A DNA stretch of 64,000 nt from Gammaproteobacteria bacterium (lineage in GTDB: Bacteria > Pseudomonadota > Gammaproteobacteria > SZUA-140): positions 118,701 through 182,700 of the forward strand of contig JADJWH010000006.1 in the NCBI GenBank assembly GCA_016716465.1, read 5' to 3'. Of this stretch, positions 11,226 to 22,755 are shown in pieces (within the stretch, counting starts at the first letter, position 1; each line of letters opens with the position of its first letter). A program made the position numbers and the translations under genes. The notes under the pieces are model-generated. The model searched no databases. It was not told the origin of the DNA and was given only the letters and a program-made list of their open reading frames with translations.

Positions 11226-11570
11226 ATGCCCTATCTCAGGATACAGACCAACGTCCGACCGGAGCCCGCCGCGACGCCCGGCCTGCTCGCCGCGCTGTCG
11301 AAGGAAACGGCGGCCGCCCTCGGCAAGGGGGAACGCTATGTGATGGTGGCGCTGGAGGCCGGGACCCCCATGCTGTTCGCCGGCACCGATGCCCCGCTCG
11401 CCTACCTGGAACTGAAGAGCATCGGGCTGCCGGCGCGAACCGGGGAACTGTCCCGCACGCTGTGCCGGGCGGTCGGGGAATGCCTCGGCATCGCGCCGGA
11501 GCGGATCTACATCGAATTCGCGGACGCCCCCGCCCACCTGTGGGGCTGGAACGGGGACACCTTCGGCTGA
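11226..11570 (+). CDS. MIF-like phenylpyruvate tautomerase family protein
   Basis: 114 aa, N-terminal Pro (MPYLRIQTN), KSIG, RIYIEF...WGWNG; RBS GAGGAG upstream. Confidence 0.85.
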   Translation: MPYLRIQTNVRPEPAATPGLLAALSKETAAALGKGERYVMVALEAGTPMLFAGTDAPLAYLELKSIGLPARTGELSRTLCRAVGECLGIAPERIYIEFADAPAHLWGWNGDTFG

Positions 11571-11577
11571 GGCGGAA

Positions 11578-12303
11578 TTACGGGAACTGGCGCGCGAGGA
11601 ACTGCTCGGTCGCGGTCCAGGCGTCCGCCACCGCCTGCGGCGGCAACGCGTCCGCCGGCGGGCCGGCCAGGGTTCGCGGGGTCAGGATATCGAGCACCGG
11701 GATGGCCTGCTTGCCGGCGCGATCGCCCGCGGTGACCGTCTCGCTGTCGTAATAGGTGACCATGGCCCCGAACACGCCGGGGTGGCGGGCCAGCAGCGGA
11801 ATGCCCGCGCCGACACCCTTGCCCCAGCCCATCAGGACGATGCGATCCTGCGCGCGGCGCAGGTACGCCACGGCCCCGTCGAGGTCGGCATCGATCCACA
11901 CCGGATCGATGGAGCGCCAGACCTCGGCGGCCATCCGCGCGTCGCTGGCATGGCGGCCGTCATAGAGATCGACGGCCAGCACGCGGTAGCCGAGCCCGGC
12001 GACGCGATCGGCCCAGGCCTTGACCTCGGGACTCAGGCCCCAGCGATCCGGCACGATCAGCACGCCGACCCGGGCGTCATCCGGCCCGGCCTGATAGGCA
12101 TCGAAGCGCGTCCTGAACGCGGTGGGCAGGGTAACCATGTGCCCCTCGATCGCGCTCACATGCTCCGGCCCGCCCGGGACAGGCTGGACCGGCGGCTCGA
12201 CCACTTCCTTGAGACGGGACGCGGGCAGCGGGGCAACCTCGCCGTCGGCGTATGCCGGCGCACCCGCCAGACAGGCGATCAGGACCCAGAACCCACGCGA
12301 CAT
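11578..12303 (-). CDS. Secreted dienelactone-hydrolase-like protein lacking catalytic residues
   Basis: Signal-peptide-like N-terminus, DRWGL and GYRVLAVDLY. The nucleophile elbow reads GWGKG instead of GWCxG. Confidence 0.7.
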   Translation of the reverse strand: MSRGFWVLIACLAGAPAYADGEVAPLPASRLKEVVEPPVQPVPGGPEHVSAIEGHMVTLPTAFRTRFDAYQAGPDDARVGVLIVPDRWGLSPEVKAWADRVAGLGYRVLAVDLYDGRHASDARMAAEVWRSIDPVWIDADLDGAVAYLRRAQDRIVLMGWGKGVGAGIPLLARHPGVFGAMVTYYDSETVTAGDRAGKQAIPVLDILTPRTLAGPPADALPPQAVADAWTATEQFLARQFP

Positions 12304-12386
12304 CGACTCTCCTCCCGTATCCCTCAGGTACACGTGGCGCCTAGTGTAGCGTAGGCCGGTCGTTGGCGTCTAAACCGCGAAAACAC

Positions 12387-12566
12387 AGGACTGAGGACTA
12401 AGTTAAAACACTTAAACACTTGCGGTGTGGACGGGCCTCAATGTAGCCCGGATGGAGAGGCATGACACCGGCATTCGGGGAGACCGAATCCCCGGATTCC
12501 GTTGCGCTCCATCCGGGCTACGATGTGATCTTTCACTTAGTCCTCAGTCCTCAGTCCTTAGTCCTG
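12387..12566. repeat. Nested element: inverted TRAGG heptamer runs enclosing an inverted GTAG-REP pair
   Basis: aggactgaggactaag (12387-12402), REP+ from 12443, REP- 12492-12521, then (tyagtcc)x4 at 12537-12564. Confidence 0.85.
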
Positions 12567-12569
12567 TCT

Positions 12570-15077
12570 TTATATCCCCCGCAGCGCCTGCACCGGCGGC
12601 ATGTTCAAGACGAAACGCGTGCTGAGCACGCCGGCCACGCCGACGCCGATCCCGCCGCCCAGGGCGCCGATCAGCCACAGGCCCGGATCCCAGCCATAGG
12701 AGAGCTGGAACACGTTGCGCGCCAGCAGTTGCGCGATCAGCCCGGCGCCGAGCGCCCCCAGCGCGCCCGCCACCAGGCCCAGGCTGAAGAATTCGGTCGC
12801 CAGGCCGCGCAGCAACTGGCGCCGGCTCGCGCCCAGCGTGCGCAGCAGCACGGTCTCGCGCACGCGCTCGTCGAGGCTGGCGTGGATCGCCGCCGCCATC
12901 ACCAGCACGCCGGCGATCAGCGTGAACAGGAATACGTACTGCACCGCGAGCGCGACCCGGTCCATGATGCGGCGCACCTGGTCCATGATGGCCGACACGT
13001 CGATCACCGTCACGTTCGGGAAGGCCTTGACCAGTTCGTTCAGCACCGCGTAGCGGTCAGCGGGGACGTACAGGCTGGTGATCCAGGTGGCCGGGAACGC
13101 GTCCAGCACGCCGGGCGGCGTCAGCACGAAGAAGTTGACGCGGAAATTGTCCCATTCGACCTCGCGCAGGCTCGTGACCCGGGCGCGCAGATCCACGCCG
13201 GCGATGCGGAATGTCAGGGTGTCACCGAGCCGGATGCCCAGCGTCTCGGCGAGACCCGCCTCGACCGACAGCTCGGCGGCGCCGGTCGCGTCCGCACCCC
13301 ACCACGCGCCGGCGACGATGCGGTTGTCCGGCTGCGGCCGTTCGGCCCAGGACAGATTGAATTCACGTTCCACCAGGCGGCGCGCGCGGTCATCCTGATA
13401 TGCGTCGGTGGAGACCGCGCGCCCGTCGATCTCCGCCAGCCGGCCGCGCACCATCGGGTACAGCTCCGGCGGCTGCAGGCCGGCGCGCGCGAAGAAGCCG
13501 CGCACGGCGTCGACCTGTTCCGGCAGGATGTTGATCAGGAACCGGTTGGGCGCCTGCTCCGGCAGCTCGCGCTCCCATTCGCGCAGCAGATCGCCGCGCA
13601 CGACCCCGAGCAGCAGCAGCACCATGATGCCGAGACCGAAGGCCATCACCTGCACGACCCCGGTGCCGGCGCGCTGCGTCAGGCTGAGCAGGCCGAAGCG
13701 CCAGGTCGAGCCGACGCGGTGGCGCAGCTGGCGCAGCAACGCGATCAGCGCGGCGGCGACGGCGGCCAGCAGCCCGAGCGCCGCAACCGCGCCGAGCAGG
13801 ATGTACAGGCTGAGGACGCGATCCTCCGCCTGCCACCAGACCAGCGCGGCCATCGCCGCCGCGCCGGCGAGCCAGGTCAGCAGGCGCGCGGCGCCGGGGC
13901 CGCCGAGCTCGCGGCGGATCACGCGCAGCGCGGGCACGTTCCGGAGATGCAGCAGCGGCGGCAGCGCGAAACCCAGCAGGGTCACCAGCGCAACGCCCGC
14001 GCCGAACAGCGCCGGCCGCGCGGACGGCGGCGGCAGCCCGATGCCGAGCAGCGCGCCCAGCAGCGACTCCAGTCCATACTGGGCGAGATAGCCCAGCGCA
14101 CAGCCGAGCAACGCGGCCGCGACGCCGAGCAGGCAAAGCTGCAGGCCGTACATGCCGAGGATCAGGCGCTGGCTGCCGCCGAGGCAGCGCATGATGGCGC
14201 AGTAATCCAGGTGGCGGGCGATGAAGCGGCGCGCGGACAGCGCGACGGCGACGCCGGACAACAGCACGCTGACCAGGGTCGCGAGGCCGAGGAAGCGTCC
14301 GGCGCGATCGAGGGCGCCGCGGATCTCGGGACGCGCGTCGCCCACCGACTCGAGGCGTTCCCCGCGGCCGAGCGCGGGTTCGACCCGCGCGCGGAACGCG
14401 CGCACCGCCGCCGGCTCGCCCGCGAACAGGTAGCGGTAACGCACGCGGCTGGCCGGCTGCACCAGGCCGGTGGCCGCGAGATCCGTCGCGTTAAACAGCA
14501 GACGCGGCGCGAGATTGAACATGCCGATGCCGCCGCCCGCGGGCTCGACGGTCAGGATGGCGTCGACCAAAAAGCGCGCATCGCCGAGCTCGACCGTGTC
14601 CCCGACCGCGATCCCGAGCTGGTTCGCGAGGCGCGCCTCCAGCCAGACCCTGCCCGCCGGCGGGATGCCGTCCGCCTCCGCATCGGGGGCGAACAGTTCA
14701 CGGCTGATGCGCAGGCGGCCGCGCAGCGGATACTCGCGGCTGACCGCGCGGACCGAGGCGAGCTGCGCCTGCTCCCCGGCGATGACCATGCTGGGAAACT
14801 CGACCGCCTCGGCGCGGCGCAGCGTCCGTCCGCCCCGCTCCAGCAGGGCCGCGTCGAGCGGATGATCGGCGCTGATCACCAGATCGGCCCCGAGCAGCTC
14901 CGTGGCCTGCAGCTCCAGCGCGAGGCGGACGCGGTCGGAGAAGAACCCCACCGCGGTGACGGCGGCGACCGCCACCACCAGCGCCGCCGCCAGCACGCGC
15001 AGCTCCCCCGCGCGCCAGTCGCGCAGCAGCATGCGGAGCGCCAAACCCAATACCGGCACGCGAATCCGCGCGCTCAT
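12570..15077 (-). CDS. ybbP: ABC transporter permease, YbbP-like
   Basis: [33 protein letters not shown]; two FtsX-like halves. Confidence 0.85.
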   Translation of the reverse strand: MSARIRVPVLGLALRMLLRDWRAGELRVLAAALVVAVAAVTAVGFFSDRVRLALELQATELLGADLVISADHPLDAALLERGGRTLRRAEAVEFPSMVIAGEQAQLASVRAVSREYPLRGRLRISRELFAPDAEADGIPPAGRVWLEARLANQLGIAVGDTVELGDARFLVDAILTVEPAGGGIGMFNLAPRLLFNATDLAATGLVQPASRVRYRYLFAGEPAAVRAFRARVEPALGRGERLESVGDARPEIRGALDRAGRFLGLATLVSVLLSGVAVALSARRFIARHLDYCAIMRCLGGSQRLILGMYGLQLCLLGVAAALLGCALGYLAQYGLESLLGALLGIGLPPPSARPALFGAGVALVTLLGFALPPLLHLRNVPALRVIRRELGGPGAARLLTWLAGAAAMAALVWWQAEDRVLSLYILLGAVAALGLLAAVAAALIALLRQLRHRVGSTWRFGLLSLTQRAGTGVVQVMAFGLGIMVLLLLGVVRGDLLREWERELPEQAPNRFLINILPEQVDAVRGFFARAGLQPPELYPMVRGRLAEIDGRAVSTDAYQDDRARRLVEREFNLSWAERPQPDNRIVAGAWWGADATGAAELSVEAGLAETLGIRLGDTLTFRIAGVDLRARVTSLREVEWDNFRVNFFVLTPPGVLDAFPATWITSLYVPADRYAVLNELVKAFPNVTVIDVSAIMDQVRRIMDRVALAVQYVFLFTLIAGVLVMAAAIHASLDERVRETVLLRTLGASRRQLLRGLATEFFSLGLVAGALGALGAGLIAQLLARNVFQLSYGWDPGLWLIGALGGGIGVGVAGVLSTRFVLNMPPVQALRGI

Positions 15078-15763
15078 GCGGCGTCCCGCAGGCGGCCGCC
15101 GTCCAGCAGCAGGCGCCGGGTGCAGCGCGCGGCGACCGTGTCGTCATGCGTGACCAGCACCAGGGTGGTGCCCTGCTCGCGATTGATATCGAACAGCAGA
15201 TCGATCACGCGGCGGCCGGTGGCGAGATCGAGATTGCCGGTCGGCTCATCGGCGAACAAGAGGCGCGGGCGGGTCGCGAAGGCGCGCGCGATGGCGACGC
15301 GCTGCTGCTCGCCCCCGGAGAGCTGGCGCGGATAGTGGCGCAGGCGCCGCTCGAGACCGACGCGGGCGAGCAGCTGTTCCGCCTGGACGCGGGCGTCGGC
15401 GCGCCCGGCCAGTTCCAGCGGCAGCATGACGTTTTCCGCCGCGGTCAGCGTCGGCAGCAGGTGAAAGGACTGGAACACGAAGCCGATCGCCTCGCGGCGC
15501 ACGGCCGCGCGCCCCTCCTCGTCCAGCGCGAACAGGTCCACGCCCTCGATCAGCACCGTGCCGTCGCTGGGGGTATCGAGCCCGGCGAGGATGCCGAGCA
15601 GCGTGGTCTTGCCGGAGCCCGAGGCGCCGAGCACGGCGACCGCCTCGCCGGCCCGGATGCTAAACTGGATGTCGCGCAACAGCTCGAGTTCGCCCTCGGG
15701 GCTGGCCACGCGCTTGCCGACACCGCGTACTTCGACCACGGGATGCTGCGACTGATCCGACAT
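15074..15763 (-). CDS. ybbA: ABC transporter ATP-binding protein, YbbA-like
   Basis: [26 protein letters not shown]; divergent from tesA as in E. coli. Confidence 0.88.
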   Translation of the reverse strand: MSDQSQHPVVEVRGVGKRVASPEGELELLRDIQFSIRAGEAVAVLGASGSGKTTLLGILAGLDTPSDGTVLIEGVDLFALDEEGRAAVRREAIGFVFQSFHLLPTLTAAENVMLPLELAGRADARVQAEQLLARVGLERRLRHYPRQLSGGEQQRVAIARAFATRPRLLFADEPTGNLDLATGRRVIDLLFDINREQGTTLVLVTHDDTVAARCTRRLLLDGGRLRDAA

Positions 15764-16367
15764 GATGCGACGACTCCTGTTGATGCTCCTGCTGCTGATG
15801 CCGCTCGCGACGCATGCCGCATCGACACTCCTGATCCTGGGTGACAGTTTAAGCGCCGCCTACGGCCTCGATCAAAACGACGGCTGGGTGAGCCTGCTGG
15901 AACGGCGCCTCGCGCGCGAAGGTTATCCGGTGGACGTGGTCAACGCCAGCATCAGCGGCGACACCACCGGCGGCGCGCTGGCGCGCCTGCCGGCGGAACT
16001 GGCGCAGCACAAACCCGCCCTCGTGCTGGTCGAGCTCGGCGGCAATGACGGCCTGCGCGGCCTGCCGCTGGAGCAGATGCGGCGCAACCTGGCGGACATC
16101 ATCACGGCCTGCCGCGCGCGCGGGGCGCGGGTCGTGCTCGCCGGCATGCGGCTGCCACCGAACTACGGCCGCGCCTATACCCGGGGCTTCGAACAAGTGT
16201 ACGCGGAGCTGGCGGGGGAATACGAGGTCACCCTGATTCCGTTCCTGCTCGCGGGACTCGAGGACGGAACCGCGGACTTCCAGGCCGACGCCATTCACCC
16301 CAACCGGGAGGCGCAGGCGGTCATCCTCGACAACGTGTGGAAATACCTGCGCCCGCTGCTGGACTAA
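15762..16367 (+). CDS. tesA: Arylesterase / acyl-CoA thioesterase I (GDSL family)
   Basis: LGDSLSAAYG, NASISGDTT, ELGGNDGLRG, DAIHPN. Confidence 0.92.
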   Translation: MMRRLLLMLLLLMPLATHAASTLLILGDSLSAAYGLDQNDGWVSLLERRLAREGYPVDVVNASISGDTTGGALARLPAELAQHKPALVLVELGGNDGLRGLPLEQMRRNLADIITACRARGARVVLAGMRLPPNYGRAYTRGFEQVYAELAGEYEVTLIPFLLAGLEDGTADFQADAIHPNREAQAVILDNVWKYLRPLLD

Positions 16368-16382
16368 GCGGCGCGCGCTGGA

Positions 16383-17081
16383 TCAGTCCTCGCCCGCGAC
16401 CTCGCGCACGAAGGGCACGGTGAGCCGGCGCTGCGCGGCGAGCGAGGCGCGGTCGAGACGCTCCAGCAATTCGAACAGCGCGCCCATGTCGCGCGCATGG
16501 CGCTGCAGCAGGTAGTGGGCGACGGCCTCCGGCATCTCCATGCCGCGCGCGCGCGCGCGCTGGCGCAGCACCCGGGCCTTCTCATCGTCGAGCAGCGGCT
16601 GGAGCTGGAACACCAGGCCCCAGGACAGCCGCGTCGCGAGATCGGGCAGGCCGAGGCCCAGCGCGCGCGGCGACGCGGCGCCGGCGATGGCGATGCGGCC
16701 GCCGCCCGCGCGCACGCGGTTGAACAGGTGGAACAGCGCGGCCTCCCAGTCGGCGTCGCCGGCGATCGCGTCGATGTCGTCGACGCAGACCAGCGCCAGC
16801 GCCTCCAGTCCCTCGAGCAGGGCGGGCGCCAGATCGGCGCGCTGGCGCAGGGGGAGATAGACCGCGGACTCGCCGCGCGCGGCGGCGAGGCGGCACACCG
16901 ACTCCAGCAGGTGGGTCTTGCCGGCGCCCGCCCCGCCCCACAGGTAGACGGACTGGCCGGCGGCGAAACCGGACTGCAGGTAGTGCACCGCCTCCGCATT
17001 ACGCCCGGGCTCGAATCCGGCGAAGGTCGAGTCGTCGCGAAAGCGGATCTGCAGCGGCAGTTGCCCGCTCACGACACCCAC
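16383..17081 (-). CDS. hda: DnaA regulatory inactivator Hda
   Basis: N-terminal clamp motif QLPL, GAGKTHLL, WEAALFHLFN, PDLATRLSWG. Confidence 0.93.
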   Translation of the reverse strand: MGVVSGQLPLQIRFRDDSTFAGFEPGRNAEAVHYLQSGFAAGQSVYLWGGAGAGKTHLLESVCRLAAARGESAVYLPLRQRADLAPALLEGLEALALVCVDDIDAIAGDADWEAALFHLFNRVRAGGGRIAIAGAASPRALGLGLPDLATRLSWGLVFQLQPLLDDEKARVLRQRARARGMEMPEAVAHYLLQRHARDMGALFELLERLDRASLAAQRRLTVPFVREVAGED

Positions 17082-17114
17082 GGCCCGGTCGGGCGCGCGC
17101 GCCGCCGCGCCGGC

Positions 17115-18191
17115 TCAGCCCTTGTCCGGCGTCTCATCGTCCATCCCGTAGACCTCGCTGTGCAGATAGCGCCGGTGCAGGTCGCGCACCAGCACCGCGA
17201 TCACCGCGGCCACCGGCAGGGCCAGCAGCACGCCGACGAACCCGAACAGCTGCCCGCCCGCCATGACGGCGAAGATCACCGCCACCGGATGCAGGCCGAC
17301 GCGATCGCCCACCAGCCAGGGCGTCAGCACCATGCCCTCCAGCGCCTGGCCGAGCATGAACACCCCGAGCACCAGCAGCGGGTGCAGCAGGTCGTGGAAC
17401 TGCGCCGCCGCCGCGATGCCGCCGGCCAGCAGGCCGACCACCGGCCCCAGATAGGGAACGAAGCTGACCAGCCCGGCGCCCATGCCGATCAGGAAGGCGA
17501 GATCGAGCCCCACCAGCCACAGGCCGACCGAATAGATCAGTCCGAGCGACAGCATGACCCAGAGCTGTCCGCGCAGAAAGGTCGCGAGCACCTCGTCGCA
17601 CTCGCGCGCGAGCCGCGCCACCTCGGGTTCGATCGGGCGCGGCAGCAGTTCGCGCAGCCGGCGCACCAGGTCGTTCCAGTCGCGCAGCAGATAGAACGTG
17701 ACCACCGGGACCAGCGTCAGGTTGAGCAGCCATTGCACGATCGCCAGGCCGGACTGCGTCACCGCGACCACCGCCCGCGCGGCGATGCCGCCGGCCTGCT
17801 GCCATTGATCGAGCAGCGCCTGCCGGATCTGTGTCAGGTCGAGCGTCTGCACGCCGATGCCCAGGGTATCGCGCAGCCACGGGATCAGCCGGGTCTGCAG
17901 GGCATTCAGGTAGTCGGGCCAGCGCTCGATGAACACGGCGATCTGGCGCTCCAGCAGCGGAAACGCCACCACCGGGGCCAGCAGCAGCACGCCGAAGATG
18001 AGCAGGAATACCAGCACCACCGCCGCGACCCGCGGCAGGCGGCGCGCCGTCAGGCGCTCGACCAGCGGACTGCCGAGATAGGCCAGCAGCGCGGCGATCA
18101 GGAACGGGGTCAGGATCGGCGCCAGCAGATAGACCAGCAGTGCCGCCGCCGCGCCGGCGGCCACCCAGCCCGCCACCTGCGGACCTTTCAT
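17115..18191 (-). CDS. AI-2E family (PerM-like) transporter
   Basis: PILTPF, FLRGQL, FVPYLG, VGLHPVAVIF; start moved to ATG 18191. Confidence 0.88.
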   Translation of the reverse strand: MKGPQVAGWVAAGAAAALLVYLLAPILTPFLIAALLAYLGSPLVERLTARRLPRVAAVVLVFLLIFGVLLLAPVVAFPLLERQIAVFIERWPDYLNALQTRLIPWLRDTLGIGVQTLDLTQIRQALLDQWQQAGGIAARAVVAVTQSGLAIVQWLLNLTLVPVVTFYLLRDWNDLVRRLRELLPRPIEPEVARLARECDEVLATFLRGQLWVMLSLGLIYSVGLWLVGLDLAFLIGMGAGLVSFVPYLGPVVGLLAGGIAAAAQFHDLLHPLLVLGVFMLGQALEGMVLTPWLVGDRVGLHPVAVIFAVMAGGQLFGFVGVLLALPVAAVIAVLVRDLHRRYLHSEVYGMDDETPDKG

Positions 18192-18775
18192 CGCCCGTCT
18201 CCGCCGCGCCGCAGCCGTCTCATCGGGAGCCGGCGCGCGCGGCAGGCGCGCACCCCCCAGGTCCAGACGTAATCGATGCCGCTCAGCAGCGTGGTGGCGA
18301 GCACCGCCCACACCATTCCCGCCAGCAGGGCCGGTGGCAGCGGATAGACGCCGGCGGAGAACACCGCCGCCAGCCCGAGCGCGATCTGCGCGAAGGTATT
18401 GAGCTTGCTGATCAGCGTGGGCTCCATCTCGTACTCGCCGACCAGCAGGTGATAGGAGACCGCGCCGGCCAGGATCAGGACATCGCGCGCCACGACGGCC
18501 GCGACCAGCCAGACCGGGAGCAGGTCCAGCCAGGCCAGCACGACATAGGTCGACACGAGCAGCAGCTTGTCGGCCAGCGGGTCGAGGATCGAGCCGAGCC
18601 GGCTGGTGTAATGGAAGCGCTTGGCGATGTAGCCGTCCAGGGCGTCAGAGACCCCCGCGACGGTATAGAGTAGCAGCGCGAGCGTGAACTGCTCGTGCAC
18701 CAGCGCCGCCACCACCGGCAGCACCAGCCCGATGCGCAGCACGCTGATGATGTTGGGGATGTCGGCGCGCGTCAC
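18188..18775 (-). CDS. CDP-alcohol phosphatidyltransferase family protein
   Basis: IPNIIS, SDALDGYIAK...LGSILDPLADK. Confidence 0.9.
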   Translation of the reverse strand: MTRADIPNIISVLRIGLVLPVVAALVHEQFTLALLLYTVAGVSDALDGYIAKRFHYTSRLGSILDPLADKLLLVSTYVVLAWLDLLPVWLVAAVVARDVLILAGAVSYHLLVGEYEMEPTLISKLNTFAQIALGLAAVFSAGVYPLPPALLAGMVWAVLATTLLSGIDYVWTWGVRACRARRLPMRRLRRGGDGR

Positions 18776-19878
18776 GGCACCAACCGGTAGGCCAGCTCAT
18801 CCCCCGTGGCCGCGCCGGCGGCGGGAACGAGCACCCTGCCGAAGCCGATGGCCTGAACCAGCGCCGCGCGGTCAGCGTGCAGCACGAGATGGAAATGCGC
18901 GCCTGCCGCGTCGATCTGCCGCACCTCGAGTTCGCTCACGGCGTCGAGCGAACGCAGGTAATGCTGCGCGCGACTGTAGTCCTCCAGCCTGTTCACGCCG
19001 GTCACGAGCAGATCCACCGGTTCCGCCGCGCCGTCGTCGAGCGCGCGGGCGAAGCGCGCGGCGAGCCGGTCGGCGGCGCCATCGACACCGTCCGCCAGCG
19101 CCTGGGCCCGCGTCCCCTCGGCCGACTGCCAGTGCTCCGCGCCATCGTCCAGATAGAGCGACCAGCGCGCGGACCACGCGCCCGACGGCGCGCGGTAGGC
19201 GCGCCCGAGCAGCACCGCGGTGGACTGGTAGCGCGCCGAGGCCGCGCGCACCTCCTGATCGAAGCCGCCCCACACGTCGCCGAAACTCACGCGGCGCTGG
19301 TCCTCGAGATCCAGCAGCGGAAACAGCAGCGGAATCCCGCGCGCGTCCGCCCGTTCCTCCACCTCGCGGCGCAGATCGGCGCCGGCTTCGCTCCCGGTGA
19401 GGTAGCGCCTGCCCTGTTCCTCCACGGCGAGCCACACCAGGGTGGACGGCCGCATGCGCCCCCACACCGGCTCGTTGACCCGTTGCAGCGACTGGTTGAC
19501 CGCCTGGGCGTCGAAGCGCGCCCACAACATCTGGGTCGGGGCGGGATCGACCGCCGCCTCGGGCAGGTATCCCGGCGGCAGCGGACGATAGAGGTATTGC
19601 TGGACGTAGGTCAGCGGCGAGCGCAGCAGCGCCTGCAGCCCGGGACGCGTGGCCGCGTCACGGTCGCCGGTGATCTTGACCAGTACCTGGCCGAAGACCT
19701 CGCGCAAGGCCTGCGTGCGCTCCGCCTCGCGTTGCCCGGCAACCGGCACCTGCGCCTCGTAGAGCCCCTCGACCTCGCCGGCGCGCGCGCCGGCGGCGCC
19801 GAGCACGAGACACAGCAGCAGGCCCAGACGCAGTCCGCGGCGCAGGGACGACTCATCAGCGAACCACATGCAGTTCAT
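18772..19878 (-). CDS. DUF2066 domain-containing exported protein (start uncertain)
   Basis: LYEAQVPV, VLVKITG, RPSTLVWLA, LFPLLDLED; typical neighbour of purM. Confidence 0.75.
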   Translation of the reverse strand: MNCMWFADESSLRRGLRLGLLLCLVLGAAGARAGEVEGLYEAQVPVAGQREAERTQALREVFGQVLVKITGDRDAATRPGLQALLRSPLTYVQQYLYRPLPPGYLPEAAVDPAPTQMLWARFDAQAVNQSLQRVNEPVWGRMRPSTLVWLAVEEQGRRYLTGSEAGADLRREVEERADARGIPLLFPLLDLEDQRRVSFGDVWGGFDQEVRAASARYQSTAVLLGRAYRAPSGAWSARWSLYLDDGAEHWQSAEGTRAQALADGVDGAADRLAARFARALDDGAAEPVDLLVTGVNRLEDYSRAQHYLRSLDAVSELEVRQIDAAGAHFHLVLHADRAALVQAIGFGRVLVPAAGAATGDELAYRLVP

Positions 19879-20078
19879 ATCCTCGGATCCGGTTGAACGG
19901 AGACGTTTTTACACGTGCTCCAGTCTAAGCGAAACGCCCGCGTGTTTCACCTGCGCCGGCGTACGGCTTACTAGGAGGGCAGGTGATAATGCGCTACAAT
20001 GGCGCCGAAAAAATCCGCGTCGCGCCACTGTCGCGCCGGATCGCGACCGCCGATCATCCAGCGTTAGAGCACAATCCC

Positions 20079-21128
<1,050 letters not shown>

Positions 21129-21173
21129 CACCATGGACGCGACCACCGGCACTCGCGGCGGCGCGGCGGACAC

Positions 21174-21854
21174 ATGAGCTCTCCGCGCCAGGCGCTGCCC
21201 GTCGCCGTGCTGATCTCGGGGCGCGGCAGCAACCTGCAGGCGATCATCGACGCCGTGCGCGCGGGTGAGCTGGCCGCGGACATCCGCCTGGTGCTCAGCA
21301 ACCGCCCCGACGCCCCGGGCCTGGCGCGCGCCCGCGCGGCCGGTCTCGCGACCGCGGTGATCGAATCCGCCGGCCACGCCGACCGCGCGAGCTATGATCA
21401 CGCGCTGCGGGAACGCATCGACGCCAGCGGCGCGCGCCTGGTCGTGCTGGCCGGCTTCATGCGCGTGCTGAGCCCGGAATTCGTGCGTCATTACGACGGC
21501 CGCCTCATCAATATCCATCCCTCGCTGCTCCCCGCCTTCACCGGCCTGCACACCCACCGGCGCGCGCTCGCGGCGGGCAGCACCGAGCACGGGGCGAGCG
21601 TCCACTTCGTCACCGAGGAACTCGACGGCGGGCCGGTGATCCTGCGGGCGCGGGTGCCGGTCGGCGCCGGCGACGACGAGCACGCCCTGGCCGACCGGGT
21701 GCACCGGGTGGAACACCGCATCCTGCCGCGTGTCATCGGCTGGTTCGCCGCCGGGCGCCTGCGCAAGGACGGAGACCGCGTATACTTCGACGGGCGCCCG
21801 CTGGACGCCCCGCTCGACCTCGCGGACCTGCCCGCGGACGGAGGACTTGCGTGA
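21174..21854 (+). CDS. purN: Phosphoribosylglycinamide formyltransferase
   Basis: ISGRGSNLQA, LAGFMRVL, NIHPSLLP, ELDGGP. Confidence 0.96.
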   Translation: MSSPRQALPVAVLISGRGSNLQAIIDAVRAGELAADIRLVLSNRPDAPGLARARAAGLATAVIESAGHADRASYDHALRERIDASGARLVVLAGFMRVLSPEFVRHYDGRLINIHPSLLPAFTGLHTHRRALAAGSTEHGASVHFVTEELDGGPVILRARVPVGAGDDEHALADRVHRVEHRILPRVIGWFAAGRLRKDGDRVYFDGRPLDAPLDLADLPADGGLA

Positions 21855-22591
21855 TGACGCGCGCGACCGCGCTGCTGGCCCTGTGCCTGTGCCTCGCCAC
21901 ATGGCCCGGCGGCCCGGGACGCGCGGCCGACGCACCGGTGCGCGAGTTCACCGCGCACTACAAGGCCGATTACCACTACAAGGCCGGCATGCTGCTGAGC
22001 GCGAAGATGGAGCGGCGGCTGGCGCGCAATACCGACGGCAGCTACACCTTCACCTCGAGCATGGAGGCGACCGGCCTGCTGGCGCTGGTGCTGAACGACA
22101 ACATCGAGGAAAGCAGCATCTGGACCCTCAGCGACGGCCAGCCGCGCCCGCTCAGGTACCAGTACAGCCACACCGGCCGCAAGCAGGGCGACGAGCGCAA
22201 TGCGGTGCTCACCTTCGACTGGAAGAAAGGCGTCGTCACCAACCGCATCAACAACGACCCGTGGACCATGAAGGTGCCGACGGGGACCCAGGACAAGCTG
22301 CTCTACCAGTACACGCTGATGCGCGACCTGCAGGCGGGACGCAAAACCCTCTCCTATGAAATCGCCGACGGCGGCGAATTGAAGAACTTCCGCTTCGAGC
22401 GCGTCGGCACGGAAGTCATCAGCACCCCGCTGGGAAAACTGGAGACCGTGAAGCTGCAACGCCTCCACGGCAGCCGGAGCGACCTGATCTGGTGCGCCAG
22501 CGCCCTCGAGTACCTGCCCGTGCGCATCGAGCAGCACAAGGACGGGAAGGTGGTGACGATGGAGATTATGGAATTTAAGACACAGGACTAA
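21851..22591 (+). CDS. DUF3108 domain-containing exported protein
   Basis: Signal peptide, beta-rich body, TPLGKLETVK...W...YLPVRI tail; follows purN. Confidence 0.7.
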   Translation: MMTRATALLALCLCLATWPGGPGRAADAPVREFTAHYKADYHYKAGMLLSAKMERRLARNTDGSYTFTSSMEATGLLALVLNDNIEESSIWTLSDGQPRPLRYQYSHTGRKQGDERNAVLTFDWKKGVVTNRINNDPWTMKVPTGTQDKLLYQYTLMRDLQAGRKTLSYEIADGGELKNFRFERVGTEVISTPLGKLETVKLQRLHGSRSDLIWCASALEYLPVRIEQHKDGKVVTMEIMEFKTQD

Positions 22592-22750
22592 GTAAGAGCA
22601 AGGAGGCGGGGCTGATTCTGGCGAACTGACGGGGGAGGCTTCGAGCCATAGGCGTAAGGCGTGAGGCGTGGGCCCGGATTCCGCTACGCTTCATCCGGGC
22701 TACATCCCTGCGAGTTTTTTCTTTAGCTTAACCCTGAGTCCTCAGTCCTG
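22584..22750. repeat. Nested heptamer/REP element between convergent genes
   Basis: aggactaag (22584), (t[ag]aggcg)-type run 22648-22670, REP- 22674-22703, ctgagtcctcagtcctg 22734-22750. Confidence 0.75.
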
Positions 22751-22755
22751 CTCGT

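Noticed and set aside
15074-16367. Head-to-head overlap of ybbA and tesA as a novelty
   Set aside because: The same divergent arrangement is known from E. coli.
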